Origin: a virus
DNA: 64,000 nt
Strand: one strand, 5' to 3'
IMG/VR virus record: IMGVR_UViG_3300032770_000005
Location: 1 to 64,000 of that record
Shown one piece after another: positions 20,280-29,899 of this stretch (position 1 is its first letter; every line of letters starts with the position of its first letter). Under the pieces are notes generated by a model. It was not told the origin of the DNA. It made no database searches and was given only the letters and a program-made list of their open reading frames with translations. A program made the translations under genes and the position numbers.

Positions 20280-20954
20280 GTGACCGACATGATTCCGACC
20301 GAACGCCTGGACGCTCTCGATGTTGCTATCAAGCGAGGCGAGGTGCTGCGTAGGCGATGGACCCGCAAGACGAAGGATGGGCGGGAACTGGCATGCTTGC
20401 TGGCCCACGTATCGCCGGCAGTCGCCTTACGGCAGGACGCGAGCGCGTGCCCGGCCGCGACGCTCGACCGGTGGTTCGCCTTCTTGCTGCTGTTCATCGA
20501 CGACCGATGCTCGCTACGACGACGGACCGGGTTCTGCGCCGCACAGCGGCGGTGCTGCGGCGCTGGCACCGGCTGCCCGCCGTAGTGCGCCGGCGACTCG
20601 ACTACGAGTGTCGCGCGATTGCAGTGCGTGAAGCACGGCGGCACGTAGCAGCAGGCGCGACGGGCCAGCTTGCTGCGATCGATCGCGTGCTCGCACTACT
20701 CGACCTGGCTGCGGACGGCCACAAGGTCAGCAGGCAGAGGTGGAAAGCGGCTGCCGCGGAGGCTGGGCGGGCGGCGCTAGCAGCGGACGGCGCGACGCTC
20801 GAAGCTGCGTGGGCGGCGCTAGCAGACGGCGCGACGCGCGAAGCTACGCGCATCGCAGCATTGGTAGCTGATCAGGCGGCGGTTCCGTGGACAGGGTAGT
20901 GGGTCAGTTTGAGTTTTAGCTGGCGCACGCGACGGTTCTGCCGACGATGCGCAC

Positions 20955-21284
20955 ATGGCCGACATCCTCAGGGCGCGGCATTCGTGGCGCCGGCAGCAGG
21001 ACCCGAACAGCGCGGTCCGCGCGAGCGACCTGACCGAGGATGAACAGCAGCACGTCCGCCGCGCTCTGCACTTCCTGATGAAGCGTCTCGGTGGCCGCAC
21101 GGCGCTCGCCAAGGCGATGCGCACGAAGCTCACGACGGTCGCCAGCTCGCTCAAGCCCCAGCGCGGCGTGTCCGCTGGAACTGCGCTCCGTGCGGCACGG
21201 GCCGCCGGGCGTCCGGTCGAGGAGCTACTCGCCGGCGCCTATCCGCCGCCAGGCGCCTGCCCGTACTGCGGTCGCTGCGACTAG
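20955..21284 (+). CDS. IS passenger: HTH-like regulator with C-terminal CxxC
   Basis: LGGRTALAKAM...VSAGTALRAARAAG.PVEELL...CPYCG. Confidence 0.6.
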   Translation: MADILRARHSWRRQQDPNSAVRASDLTEDEQQHVRRALHFLMKRLGGRTALAKAMRTKLTTVASSLKPQRGVSAGTALRAARAAGRPVEELLAGAYPPPGACPYCGRCD

Positions 21285-21475
21285 CGTCGACGCTGGGCCT
21301 TGCGAACCGCAGTGCGCCGCCGAGACGCGCGTACCGCACGCTTGCCTGAACGTCGCTTCGTCGTTGCGCTCGGCGGCGCGGCTTCACTGGCCTCATCACC
21401 CATCGTGGCCGCGACGACGGTCGCGAAGGCGATCTCGTTCACGTCGCGCGACGCGAGGTTCTTGCGCTGCTTCAT
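21281..21475 (-). CDS. IS passenger: small basic protein
   Basis: RDVNEIAFATVVAAT followed by a Lys/Arg tail. Confidence 0.5.
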   Translation of the reverse strand: MKQRKNLASRDVNEIAFATVVAATMGDEASEAAPPSATTKRRSGKRAVRASRRRTAVRKAQRRR

Positions 21476-21511
21476 GCAGAGCAGGATCGCACAAGGCGCC
21501 CGAGACGTCAG

Positions 21512-21892
21512 TCAGAAGACGCGCTCGACCTGCGGCGCGATGAGCTGACACTCGCCCCCCGATTGGCCGGCCTGCGGATGCGCGTCGAAGCGGACCGTCG
21601 TGGTCTCCTGCGGCCCCAACGTCACCGAGGTCGAGCCGTCGATCTGACGGCCGCCGCCGGGATAGAAGCCGATGAACTGAACCGTGAAGATGCCGCCTTC
21701 GGGATCGAGGTTCGCGACCGTGGCGGTCACGTGAATGTTGGTCGAGAGCAGCTCGCGTTGGGGAGTGCAGGACGAGATCTGACCGCGCAGCTGCACCATC
21801 CGTGCACGCGCCTGCGATCGCGCCGTAGACCACGAGCCGCTTCCGATGAGCACCGACGAGAGCATGAGTGCGACGAGCATCCACCTGTTCAT
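21512..21892 (-). CDS. IS passenger: secreted small beta-sandwich protein
   Basis: GGAGG RBS, signal peptide, VTATVAN...FYPGGGRQIDG...LGPQET. Confidence 0.6.
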   Translation of the reverse strand: MNRWMLVALMLSSVLIGSGSWSTARSQARARMVQLRGQISSCTPQRELLSTNIHVTATVANLDPEGGIFTVQFIGFYPGGGRQIDGSTSVTLGPQETTTVRFDAHPQAGQSGGECQLIAPQVERVF

Positions 21893-21994
21893 GACGCCTC
21901 CGTTCGTGCCACCAGACGTGGCAGTAACGGATACTATTCACATCGGTTGCTATCAACAACTGTTTCAAGGTCGGCGCGATGACGAGCCTGCGCG

Positions 21995-22285
21995 GTGTCC
22001 GTGCCGCGTACCTCGAAGCCCACCGCTGCCGCAATCCGCTCTCTCGCTGCGAACGTCCGCACGCTGCGCGAGCGGCGCGGCATCACGCAGGAGAGCGCCG
22101 CGGAAGCCGCGGGCGTCAGCTACATCTATTGGCGTCAGCTGGAGCGCGGCACGGCCGCGAATCCGTCGCTCGGCGTCCTCGTGGCGCTCGCTGTAGCGCT
22201 GGGCGTCGAGCCCATGGAGCTGCTCCGGACCAGAGCTGCCATGCCTCCAAGGCCGCCCGGACGACCTCGGACACGCCGGAAGTAA
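21995..22285 (+). CDS. IS passenger: XRE-family HTH regulator
   Basis: NVRTLRERRGITQE..AEAAGVS..YWRQLERG...NPSL.VL.ALA.ALGV. Confidence 0.85.
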   Translation: MSVPRTSKPTAAAIRSLAANVRTLRERRGITQESAAEAAGVSYIYWRQLERGTAANPSLGVLVALAVALGVEPMELLRTRAAMPPRPPGRPRTRRK

Positions 22286-22651
22286 GTTGCGTAAGTTGTA
22301 AGTACCTGGAACCGGTGACGGAGCTGATAGCGACGGCGGCACCGCGCCCACATGTCCGCACCCGTGGTCGCGGGTCGCAAAACATGCGCCGCGCTCAAAA
22401 AAGCTCGACGGCCGATCGCTAGATCGTGCGGGGATCCGCGATTTGTCTGGGCGGTAATCCCTCGGATTTTCACGAAGATCACCCGGCGACTAGTGCGGGC
22501 TCCGCGTGCAAAAGTCGATCTCCGTCCGGAACCGATCCAGATCTACGGAGCGCCGGCTAGACCGGCGTGCGGCGACGAATGTCTAGGGACAGCACCACCT
22601 GTTTCCGAGACCCGAATCGACGCGTTCCGCCACCCGCAACAGGAGTCCACG

Positions 22652-22897
22652 ATGTCGTTTCACGTCGTTTCGGTTCGCTATCCGCACGCCGGCCTAGCCG
22701 GCGATCCTACTGTCCGGGTATGCGTTGCGCCGGGAGCTTGCGCCAGCGCATCCGCACCTACACCGGCAGCTGTTGGCGAGGTCATCCGCTCCGTCCTCGG
22801 TTCGACTGGAGTTACCGTGGTCGCGCTGGGCGCCGGATACCTTGGCGGACAACTGCTCGCGAAGTTGCTTAGCGGCTCGACCGGAGGCCGCCGATGA
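22652..22897 (+). CDS. IS passenger: hypothetical membrane protein
   Basis: AGGAG RBS and hydrophobic C-terminus. Confidence 0.5.
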   Translation: MSFHVVSVRYPHAGLAGDPTVRVCVAPGACASASAPTPAAVGEVIRSVLGSTGVTVVALGAGYLGGQLLAKLLSGSTGGRR

Positions 22898-23094
22898 CCC
22901 TGTACAAGCCCGGCGAAAAGGTGCCCCGCTCGGGCATCTACAGGGTCGCGCACGATAGTCATCACGTCGAGCACGAGGTGACCTGCGTGTGGGGCGACAG
23001 GTTTCCGCCGTGCAATCACTGCGGCATGGCTCCCCGCTTCGTTCTAGTTCGCTCCGCGACCCACGTCGCCAACCACAAGCAGTTCAAGAGGTAG
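22894..23094 (+). CDS. IS passenger: YjzC-like protein
   Basis: YKPGEKVPRSGIY...GDRFPPC. Confidence 0.75.
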   Translation: MTLYKPGEKVPRSGIYRVAHDSHHVEHEVTCVWGDRFPPCNHCGMAPRFVLVRSATHVANHKQFKR

Positions 23095-23245
23095 TCGCCT
23101 CACGTAGCGCCACGGACAGCAGCCAACTCGACAGCGAGAGCCCGGATTTTCGGGCTCTCGCTGTTAGGAGCACCTTCTGCCGGACCGTCACCCGCAGCCG
23201 AATCATCTCGTCTTTCGTGGCCGGCTTCTTCTGCGATCTAGTCAT
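23084..23245 (-). CDS. IS passenger: ribbon-helix-helix protein divergent from the transposase
   Basis: KDEMIRLRVT..QK..L...A..SGLSLSSWL; palindromes ATGTAGCTACAT (23253-23264) and CATGTG-N3-CACATG (23262-23276) lie in the divergent gap. Confidence 0.7.
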   Translation of the reverse strand: MTRSQKKPATKDEMIRLRVTVRQKVLLTARARKSGLSLSSWLLSVALREATTS

Positions 23246-23317
23246 CCGTGCAATGTAGCTACATGTGCGCCACATGCAAGCGTCAGTAGCCTGTAGTCAC
23301 AACCGTCCCACGGCCGT

Positions 23318-24181
23318 ATGCGCACTCTCTCTGCCGCTCAGCGCCGTCGGATCGTCGCAGCACTCGTCGAAGGCAACAGTATCCGTGCCACGTGCCGCAT
23401 GACGGGCATTGCGAAGGGCACAGTGCTGAAGTTGCTAGTGCAGCTGGGCGCTGTCGCTCGTGCGTACCACGACGAGCACGTCCGCGCGCTCGCGAGCAGG
23501 CGCATCCAGTGCGATGAGATCTGGTCCTTCGTTCATGCGAAGGAGAAGAACGTCCGGCCGGAGTTGCGCGGGACGCCGGGCATCGGCTCTGTCTGGACGT
23601 GGACGGCGATCGATGCGAACACGAAGCTGATCGTCGGCTACCACGTCGGCACGCGCGACGCGACATGCGCGTACGAGTTCATGCACGACGTGGCGGCGCG
23701 CCTCTCGAACCGCGTGCAGCTGACGACCGACGGGCACCGCGCGTACCTGTCTGCCATCGAGGCCGCGTTCGGCCCCGACGTCGACTACGCGATGCTCGTG
23801 AAGATGTACGGCGCGGTGCCGCAGGACGAGTCGCGCTACAGCCCGCCGGCCTGCATCGGGATCGAAATGGTGCCGGTGACGGGCGAGCCGGAAAAGAAGC
23901 ACATCTCGACGTCGTACGTCGAGCGGCAGAACCTGACGATGCGGATGAGCATGCGCCGGTTCACACGCCTCACGAACGCGTTCAGCAAGAAGTGCGAGAA
24001 CCACGAGCACGCGATCGCGCTGCACTTCCTGCACTACAACTTCTGCCGCGTGCACCAGACGCTGCGCGTGACGCCCGCGATGGAGGCCGGGCTCGCCGAT
24101 CACGTCTGGGATCTGGACGAGATCATCGCGCTCCTGCCGAAGCCGACAGTGGCGCCGTGGGGCTCGAAGAACCGCGTCTAG
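23318..24181 (+). CDS. IS1-family DDE transposase
   Basis: N-terminal HTH, QCDEIWSFV, WTWTAID, TTDG, TSYVERQNLTMR..MRRFTRLTNAFSKK. Confidence 0.92.
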   Translation: MRTLSAAQRRRIVAALVEGNSIRATCRMTGIAKGTVLKLLVQLGAVARAYHDEHVRALASRRIQCDEIWSFVHAKEKNVRPELRGTPGIGSVWTWTAIDANTKLIVGYHVGTRDATCAYEFMHDVAARLSNRVQLTTDGHRAYLSAIEAAFGPDVDYAMLVKMYGAVPQDESRYSPPACIGIEMVPVTGEPEKKHISTSYVERQNLTMRMSMRRFTRLTNAFSKKCENHEHAIALHFLHYNFCRVHQTLRVTPAMEAGLADHVWDLDEIIALLPKPTVAPWGSKNRV

Positions 24182-24570
24182 CCGTGGAGCCACGACGCGA
24201 GCGCCGCCACTGCCGTAGCAACAGCGGTGAAGATCGAGACGAGGAGCGCCGTCACGGCGATGCGCCTGTCGTGAGCGCGCTGGTCGGCGAGCCTCTCCTC
24301 GGCCGCGTCAGCGCGCATCTCTGCCCGGATGGTGTGAACGTTACTACGGGCGCGTTCCAGATCATGCCGCACGAGCGCAAGCTCCCGCTCGGCACGCCAC
24401 ACCAGACCGAGCGGTGGAATGCCCTGCCGAGCGTGAAGTTCGGCGATCTTCACGAGCAGTTCGCGCTCGCGTGCTTCCAGCTTGTCCTCTTTGGCCAACG
24501 CAGTCGCAAGCTGCTCCCGCAGCGGCGTTGGATCGACCAGCACGCGCGCGAGAGTACAGCAACATCTCAA
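24178..24570 (-). CDS. IS passenger: coiled-coil protein with C-terminal TM helix (start uncertain)
   Basis: ORF converging on the transposase, with a hydrophobic C-terminus. Confidence 0.5.
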   Translation of the reverse strand: MRCCCTLARVLVDPTPLREQLATALAKEDKLEARERELLVKIAELHARQGIPPLGLVWRAERELALVRHDLERARSNVHTIRAEMRADAAEERLADQRAHDRRIAVTALLVSIFTAVATAVAALASWLHG

Positions 24571-24757
24571 ACTGACCCACTACCGTGGACAGCCATGGAA
24601 GCTGCGTTTTTTGTGTCGTTGACGGCGCTCGTTGCAATGCGGGGAAAGAAGGCCGTGGCGCGACGAGATGAGCATCGCGTGGAAGAGGCAGCGGCCGATC
24701 GCATGATCGACCAGATGCTCGCGGCGATGGAACAGCGCGTCGGACGCTCGTAGCGCG

Positions 24758-25006
24758 TCACGTCTTGTGGAGGTCGTCCGGCGGGACGTGGGGCACCGTT
24801 TCGAGCGCCTCGATGACCCTGGAGGCGCTCTCGCGTGCCGCTGCTGCATGCTGGGCAGCCTGCGCGATCGACGGCAGCATCCGCTCGCTCTGCCGACGGC
24901 GCGTCCTCAGCTCGCCGCGGAGCGCGATCCACGAGTCCCATGCCGGCTGCCCACGCAGCGCGCTGTCGAGCGCCGCGATGTGCCGGTCGAGTTCGTCCCG
25001 ATCCAT
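24758..25006 (-). CDS. hypothetical protein
   Basis: TAGCAT -10-like hexamer 8 nt before the ATG. Confidence 0.5.
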   Translation of the reverse strand: MDRDELDRHIAALDSALRGQPAWDSWIALRGELRTRRRQSERMLPSIAQAAQHAAAARESASRVIEALETVPHVPPDDLHKT

Positions 25007-25060
25007 GGGCGACAATGCTACCCGCCCTTGACTCGGAAGGCGACCTCGCGGCATCGTAAC

Positions 25061-25091
25061 GACGAAAGGCTCCCCGAAGGGAGCCTCCGTC
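25061..25091 (-). terminator. hairpin, likely an intrinsic terminator on the minus strand
   Basis: AGGCTCCC-CGAA-GGGAGCCT; the minus strand gives a cUUCGg loop followed by a short U-rich tail. Confidence 0.55.
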
Positions 25092-25196
25092 GGTCGGGGT
25101 AGGAGTATGCAGCTCCGGGTCCCCGACTAGGTGACCGATGAACACCTGTCAGACACCCTACCAACTCGCCCTGCCCGTGTCCAGCGTGGGACGCCC

Positions 25197-28100
25197 ATGA
25201 GCGTGCAGGTCCCGGTCCGCTCGGCGCCCGCGCTGCGGCGGCTCTACGACCGGTACAGGCATGCGAGCGCGGCCAGCCTCGTCGTGACCAAGCGCAAGCC
25301 GGGAGAATGGCTCCGCGTGGCCCCTGGCAGCTCCGACGGCGCTGACCTGGCGGCCGCGCTCGGTGTCGATCTCCAGGACCACGAGGCGACCGATGACGCC
25401 CTGAGAGCGATCTCCGGGCGCGACCTCGCCTGGTTCCTGAGCGTCACCTACGCGCTCGACGTGCGCCTCTCCTGGTGGCGCAGCAAGCGCAGTGCCTCCG
25501 TGAACCTCAAGTTCTGGGTCTGCCCGCCAGACAGCAGATCCACCGGGCGCGAAGCGAGCCGTCACGAGCTGCCTGAGCCAGTCGAACGCGCAATGACCCT
25601 GCAACTTGACGACACAGCAACCCAGGCCGGCATTTCGAGCGAAAACGGAATTCCAGTCGTCTGCCGGCCTGGGTATGGTGTGCCACTTTCGGACGAGTGG
25701 CCGGTGACGGAAGGCGAAGTTGTGCCACTTCCGGACGACGAGCCGGTTTCAATGACACTGCCCGACGGATCGCCGCTGCCGGACCTGTCGGACATGCTCG
25801 ACGGATGGGAGATCGCGCAGCGGACGGACCTCGTCGACGGCGACTCTCTCGACGCGCTTTTCCCCTCCGTCCCGGTCGACTTCGACGCGGTGATCGCGGA
25901 CGCCGAGGTTGAGGTTGCGCTTCGTCAGATCCGCGCGAACGCCGAGGCCATCGCGGCCTCGCCGCTGCCCAAGCGCGAGCAGCTCATCGCACCGTGGAAG
26001 ACGATCGCCGAGCGCGTCGTCGGCGAGACGGTCGACTACGCTCGCCACTTCCGTGCGACGAGCGCAAAGCAGCAGCTCGTCGTGCTCGCGCCGTCGCCGG
26101 GCACCGGCAAGACCGTCGGCATGACGCAGGTCGCGCGCGACGAACAGCTCCATCGCCGACGCGTCGGCTACGCGGTGAAAGATCGCGAGTCGATCCCCGA
26201 AGCTGTCGCTCGTCTCCAGGACGGCGACCGAGGCGTGCGGCTGATCGTGATCGAGGGACGGCACGAAGGGAACTGCGTCGCGATGCCCGAGGTCGCTGCC
26301 GCAACGAACGCCGGCTACTCGCCAGCGACGACAGTCTGCCCGTCGTGCGAGAAGTATCCGCGCACCGAGCGGTCGGCATCCTACGCGTGCGCCTACTATC
26401 GCTCGCGCATCGACGCGTACCGAGCGCATCGGCTCGCACGCTTCGGTCAGGTGCCGCCGATCATCGTCACGACCCACGCGTCGGCGGTGCAGGGCAGCAT
26501 GATCATCGACAAGCGCTGGCAGGAGTTCTGGCGCTTCGACTCGTTGCTCATCGACGAGGACCCGACCGATGCGTTCGTCGAGACCGCGCAGATCGCCGAG
26601 ACCGCCCTGACCTTCTGGAAGCTCGACGAGAAAGGACAGCCGACGGCTTCGTCGCTCGGCACGACGGTCTTGCGCGAGGCGATGCAGCTTGCTCGTGTCG
26701 AGCGCAACGAGTGCGCGAGCCGTCAGTGGTGCGCGCCACACTCCGACGAGCCGAGCCCCGTCCACACGCGCGAGTACGGGTCCGCCTACGCGGGCGTCGA
26801 GCTACACCGACTGCTCGATGCCGTCGCACGCAAGCACGGGCACAGCGCAGAAACCATCGCTGCGGCAGTGGTAAACGACTACGCCGAGCAGCCGATGAAG
26901 GGCGAGGTCATGAGCATGGATGCGGTCGCGCTCGCCGAGAAGTACCCGGTGCGCACGCTCGCGCACGTGTACGCGGCGCTGCGAGCCGAGATGACGAGCG
27001 TGCTTGAGGCGCGAGCGGCCGGCATGGCGATCGAGCCCGCCTACCAGGTGCACCTCGACCTCGTGCTCGACGACCGCGACGAGGTCCATGGCGTCGTCAC
27101 GGTAAGGCGCATCCGAACGTACGCGGTCGCCGACACGAACATCTGGATCGGAGACGCGTACGCCGACGTGAACCACTACCGTCGGCTCTTGCCGGGGCGA
27201 GAGCTGCACCTGGTCGACCATCGAGCGGTCTGGCCCGTCGACGCGACGCTCGTGCGGATGATCTGCCACGCGGGCGTGAGCGAGATCGACAACCAAGCGA
27301 AGTTCCGGCTGCACCTCGACACGAAGCTGCGTCCGGTGCTCGAACTGGAGGCGGGACGCTCCGTGCTCTTCTACGTGCACAAGGTGCTGCGCGACGAGCT
27401 ACGTGAGTGGCTCGACGCGAACGACTTCGGGCTCGACCGCTACCACATCGAGCACTGGGGCTCCGGACGCGGCAAGGACATCTACCGCGACGTCGACACG
27501 TTCGTGGCGGTGACGGAGTACGTGCCGAGCCTGAGCGGCATGCTGCACGAGGCGAACTTCCTCGCGAGCGTCGCGAGCGAGAGCAACACGCGCATCGAGC
27601 ACTGGTCGGCGACCGCACGTCAGCAGCGACGTGGACCGACGAGCTTCGCCGCGTCGCTTGCAGACGCGCACCCCATCTACGCCGCGACCGTCGCGCGCAA
27701 GGCGACCGACGAACTCGCGCAGGCCGTGCACCGCATCCGCCCTGCGATCCCCAGCGAGCGTCCCAAGCGCGCCTACGTGCTCGGGCATCGGATCCCGTGG
27801 ACTCAGGAGCTGCTCGCGGCGACGTGCGCCACCGCGATCATCGCCGAGGAGAACGACGTCGTCGTGGAGGTCGAACAGGCGAGCGTCGGTCGCGGCTCGC
27901 GCATCGAACTCGCGTCAGGACTCGTGTGTCTCTCAGCCGCCGAAGTCGCTCTGATCGTCGAGGACTCGTTCCAGCTGTACGGTTGCTGGTCGAACGCGTT
28001 CGCGCATATGCTCGTCTCGTGCCAGAGCTGGCGCGATATATCGGTGGCACAGTCTGCCCATCAGAGTGACGCGCTTTTGCTCCAATTACATGTTCTAGGA

Positions 28101-28370
28101 GCAACGCCGCGCAACCTCGCTCAAGTCCTCGCTCCTCCCAGCAACTGGCACGAGCTGTCGGAGCGCGTACGCCACAGCAGTCGCACGTACGCTCGCGGTG
28201 TGGAGCTGGCTGTGCAGCACCTGAGCGCAGCTGCACCGCTGGGCTCTGGCACAGCTCCGCACCCGGACCACCGGGGTGGCAGAGGCTACCAGTACTGGGG
28301 CTCCGGGGAGCGCTTCGAGAAGATCCTCAGGGCGCACTACACCCACACCGCAGAGAGGGTCCCCTTCTGA
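25197..28370 (+). CDS. large helicase-like replication protein with a Cys cluster
   Basis: Walker A PSPGTGKT, Walker B LLIDEDP, NC...CPSC...CAYY, GRGKD, ELAQAVHRIR. Confidence 0.65.
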   Translation: MSVQVPVRSAPALRRLYDRYRHASAASLVVTKRKPGEWLRVAPGSSDGADLAAALGVDLQDHEATDDALRAISGRDLAWFLSVTYALDVRLSWWRSKRSASVNLKFWVCPPDSRSTGREASRHELPEPVERAMTLQLDDTATQAGISSENGIPVVCRPGYGVPLSDEWPVTEGEVVPLPDDEPVSMTLPDGSPLPDLSDMLDGWEIAQRTDLVDGDSLDALFPSVPVDFDAVIADAEVEVALRQIRANAEAIAASPLPKREQLIAPWKTIAERVVGETVDYARHFRATSAKQQLVVLAPSPGTGKTVGMTQVARDEQLHRRRVGYAVKDRESIPEAVARLQDGDRGVRLIVIEGRHEGNCVAMPEVAAATNAGYSPATTVCPSCEKYPRTERSASYACAYYRSRIDAYRAHRLARFGQVPPIIVTTHASAVQGSMIIDKRWQEFWRFDSLLIDEDPTDAFVETAQIAETALTFWKLDEKGQPTASSLGTTVLREAMQLARVERNECASRQWCAPHSDEPSPVHTREYGSAYAGVELHRLLDAVARKHGHSAETIAAAVVNDYAEQPMKGEVMSMDAVALAEKYPVRTLAHVYAALRAEMTSVLEARAAGMAIEPAYQVHLDLVLDDRDEVHGVVTVRRIRTYAVADTNIWIGDAYADVNHYRRLLPGRELHLVDHRAVWPVDATLVRMICHAGVSEIDNQAKFRLHLDTKLRPVLELEAGRSVLFYVHKVLRDELREWLDANDFGLDRYHIEHWGSGRGKDIYRDVDTFVAVTEYVPSLSGMLHEANFLASVASESNTRIEHWSATARQQRRGPTSFAASLADAHPIYAATVARKATDELAQAVHRIRPAIPSERPKRAYVLGHRIPWTQELLAATCATAIIAEENDVVVEVEQASVGRGSRIELASGLVCLSAAEVALIVEDSFQLYGCWSNAFAHMLVSCQSWRDISVAQSAHQSDALLLQLHVLGATPRNLAQVLAPPSNWHELSERVRHSSRTYARGVELAVQHLSAAAPLGSGTAPHPDHRGGRGYQYWGSGERFEKILRAHYTHTAERVPF

Positions 28371-29086
28371 TGTCGCGGCTAAGTCGCTCCAGGATGCCCC
28401 AGGCCGCGTCGGAGCCCCGAGACGCCGCGAACGTCGTCGAGCACGTCCTGACGGTCCCCGAGGCGCTCCTGGCTTGGGCGGCGGAACCTGCGCGGGCGAT
28501 CGCCATGGCTCGACCCTACGCAGCGGAGGTCACGCAGCTGCTCAGCCGTGGCGAGTTGTCACAGCCCGAGACCGAGGTCTTGCTCAACCGGCTCGAAGCG
28601 ATCGCCTCGGAGGCGGTCCGCGAGGGTCGCGCGGACCTGCTCGTCGGGCTCGACGTCCAGACGGCGGAGTGGCTGGGGCTCACGTTCGTCGTCGAGGCCG
28701 CCCACGGGCCGATGGAGGTCGGGCCGGACCCGGCGACCCAAGCGTTCCCCGCTCGCGAGCCCGAGTGGACCTTCGGCGAGGTCGCGGTCGTTGCCGCCGC
28801 CGGGCCCGATGCCGTCGATCTCGCCGTGCGCGCCAAGGCCCTGCTCGCTCAGGCGTTCGGTCCGGATGCCGACGAGGACGGTCGAGACTTCACGTGCCCC
28901 CGCATCCGGGCCGTGACGCTCGCGGAGCCCGAGTCGTGCATCGCTTGCGCTGGTCCGCTTCGGGCTGTTAGTGTTCGCAGCAGCGCGGGCGCCTACTGCG
29001 TGCGCTGCTGGAGCGAGCTGACGTCGCGCTTGCCCAGCCACCTCGTCGAGATCTTGCAGAAGGCCCCGAAGTCGAAGCGCACATGA
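28370..29086 (+). CDS. hypothetical protein with C-terminal zinc finger
   Basis: CIAC...YCVRC; TGATG coupling. Confidence 0.65.
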   Translation: MSRLSRSRMPQAASEPRDAANVVEHVLTVPEALLAWAAEPARAIAMARPYAAEVTQLLSRGELSQPETEVLLNRLEAIASEAVREGRADLLVGLDVQTAEWLGLTFVVEAAHGPMEVGPDPATQAFPAREPEWTFGEVAVVAAAGPDAVDLAVRAKALLAQAFGPDADEDGRDFTCPRIRAVTLAEPESCIACAGPLRAVSVRSSAGAYCVRCWSELTSRLPSHLVEILQKAPKSKRT

Positions 29087-29841
29087 GGGACTCCTCCGGA
29101 ACAGGGACACGTGGCGCCGAGTTCGGCGAGGTGCAGCCGACTCTGCCGAATGCGCTGCTGAGGGTTGGCGGCAAAGACCCCACCGTACGCATCGACCTCG
29201 GCAACGATCAGGACACGCTGGAGAACGGGCTCATCGTCCAGGTCACGCCCGACGGCGCGTTCAGACCTGGCCAGCAGGTGATCTTCTACCTGACGGTCTA
29301 CAACGGATCGGCGACGCAAGATCCTGCCGCGCCCTGGATCAACTTCGTCCGGCTCAAACCGTGGTTCAAGAGACCGACGCTGGAGAAGCGCGGTCCGGGC
29401 GACGCCGGCAACACCGCGGTCGTGCCTCCGGGCTTTGGGTGGATCGGCCCGGACGAGAACACGTTCGGTTCTGGTCCGATCGCAGCGCCCGCGCAGTCGT
29501 CCGTGAAGGCCGAGAACAACAGGCTCGTGTGGTTCCCCGTCCCGAAGATGTTCGACACGAACGAGTGGTCGACGAACACGCCGCCGCCCGCGATCGCGCC
29601 TCCGCGGCACTCCGACTCGATCTTCCTCGACGACGTCTGGACGATGTACCTCCAGGACCCGAACAACCCCGCCTACGCGGCGACGCGGGGCCTCACGCAG
29701 CCGAACTACGGCCGTAGCGCGAGCTTCATGTACGTGTCGCACGGCTACGCGCTCGGCCTGACTCACCAGTTCACGCTGAACACGACCGGAACAGTGCCGC
29801 ACCTGTTCATCGACATCTCGTGGGTGACAGGGACTCTCTGA
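29083..29841 (+). CDS. putative virion structural protein
   Basis: Pro/Gly/Thr-rich, beta-like ORF heading the spike cluster. Confidence 0.55.
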   Translation: MRDSSGTGTRGAEFGEVQPTLPNALLRVGGKDPTVRIDLGNDQDTLENGLIVQVTPDGAFRPGQQVIFYLTVYNGSATQDPAAPWINFVRLKPWFKRPTLEKRGPGDAGNTAVVPPGFGWIGPDENTFGSGPIAAPAQSSVKAENNRLVWFPVPKMFDTNEWSTNTPPPAIAPPRHSDSIFLDDVWTMYLQDPNNPAYAATRGLTQPNYGRSASFMYVSHGYALGLTHQFTLNTTGTVPHLFIDISWVTGTL

Positions 29842-29899
29842 GGTGTTGCCGCCACGGTGGCGGGCAAGGACGCGACTCGTACAACCGTAGAGAGACCTG

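Larger units (their letters stand above)
20895..24584. mobile_element. IS1-family element with passenger genes (3690 bp)
   Basis: Perfect 19-bp terminal inverted repeats GGTAGTGGGTCAGTTTGAG (20895-20913 and 24566-24584); 8-bp target duplication GTGGACAG (20887-20894 and 24585-24592); internal DDE transposase. Confidence 0.93.
20289..24753 (+). pseudogene. 'MIPxERLDALD' family paralog 3, frameshifted and split by the IS1-family element
   Basis: One-base loss near 20528; removing 20895-24592 rejoins ...AAVPWT/AMEAAFF...AAADRMIDQMLAAMEQRVGRS* in frame. Confidence 0.85.

Noticed and set aside
23599-24753. 384-aa ORF overlapping the transposase
   Set aside because: It is an alternative frame running through the IS end into the orphaned 3' piece of paralog 3.
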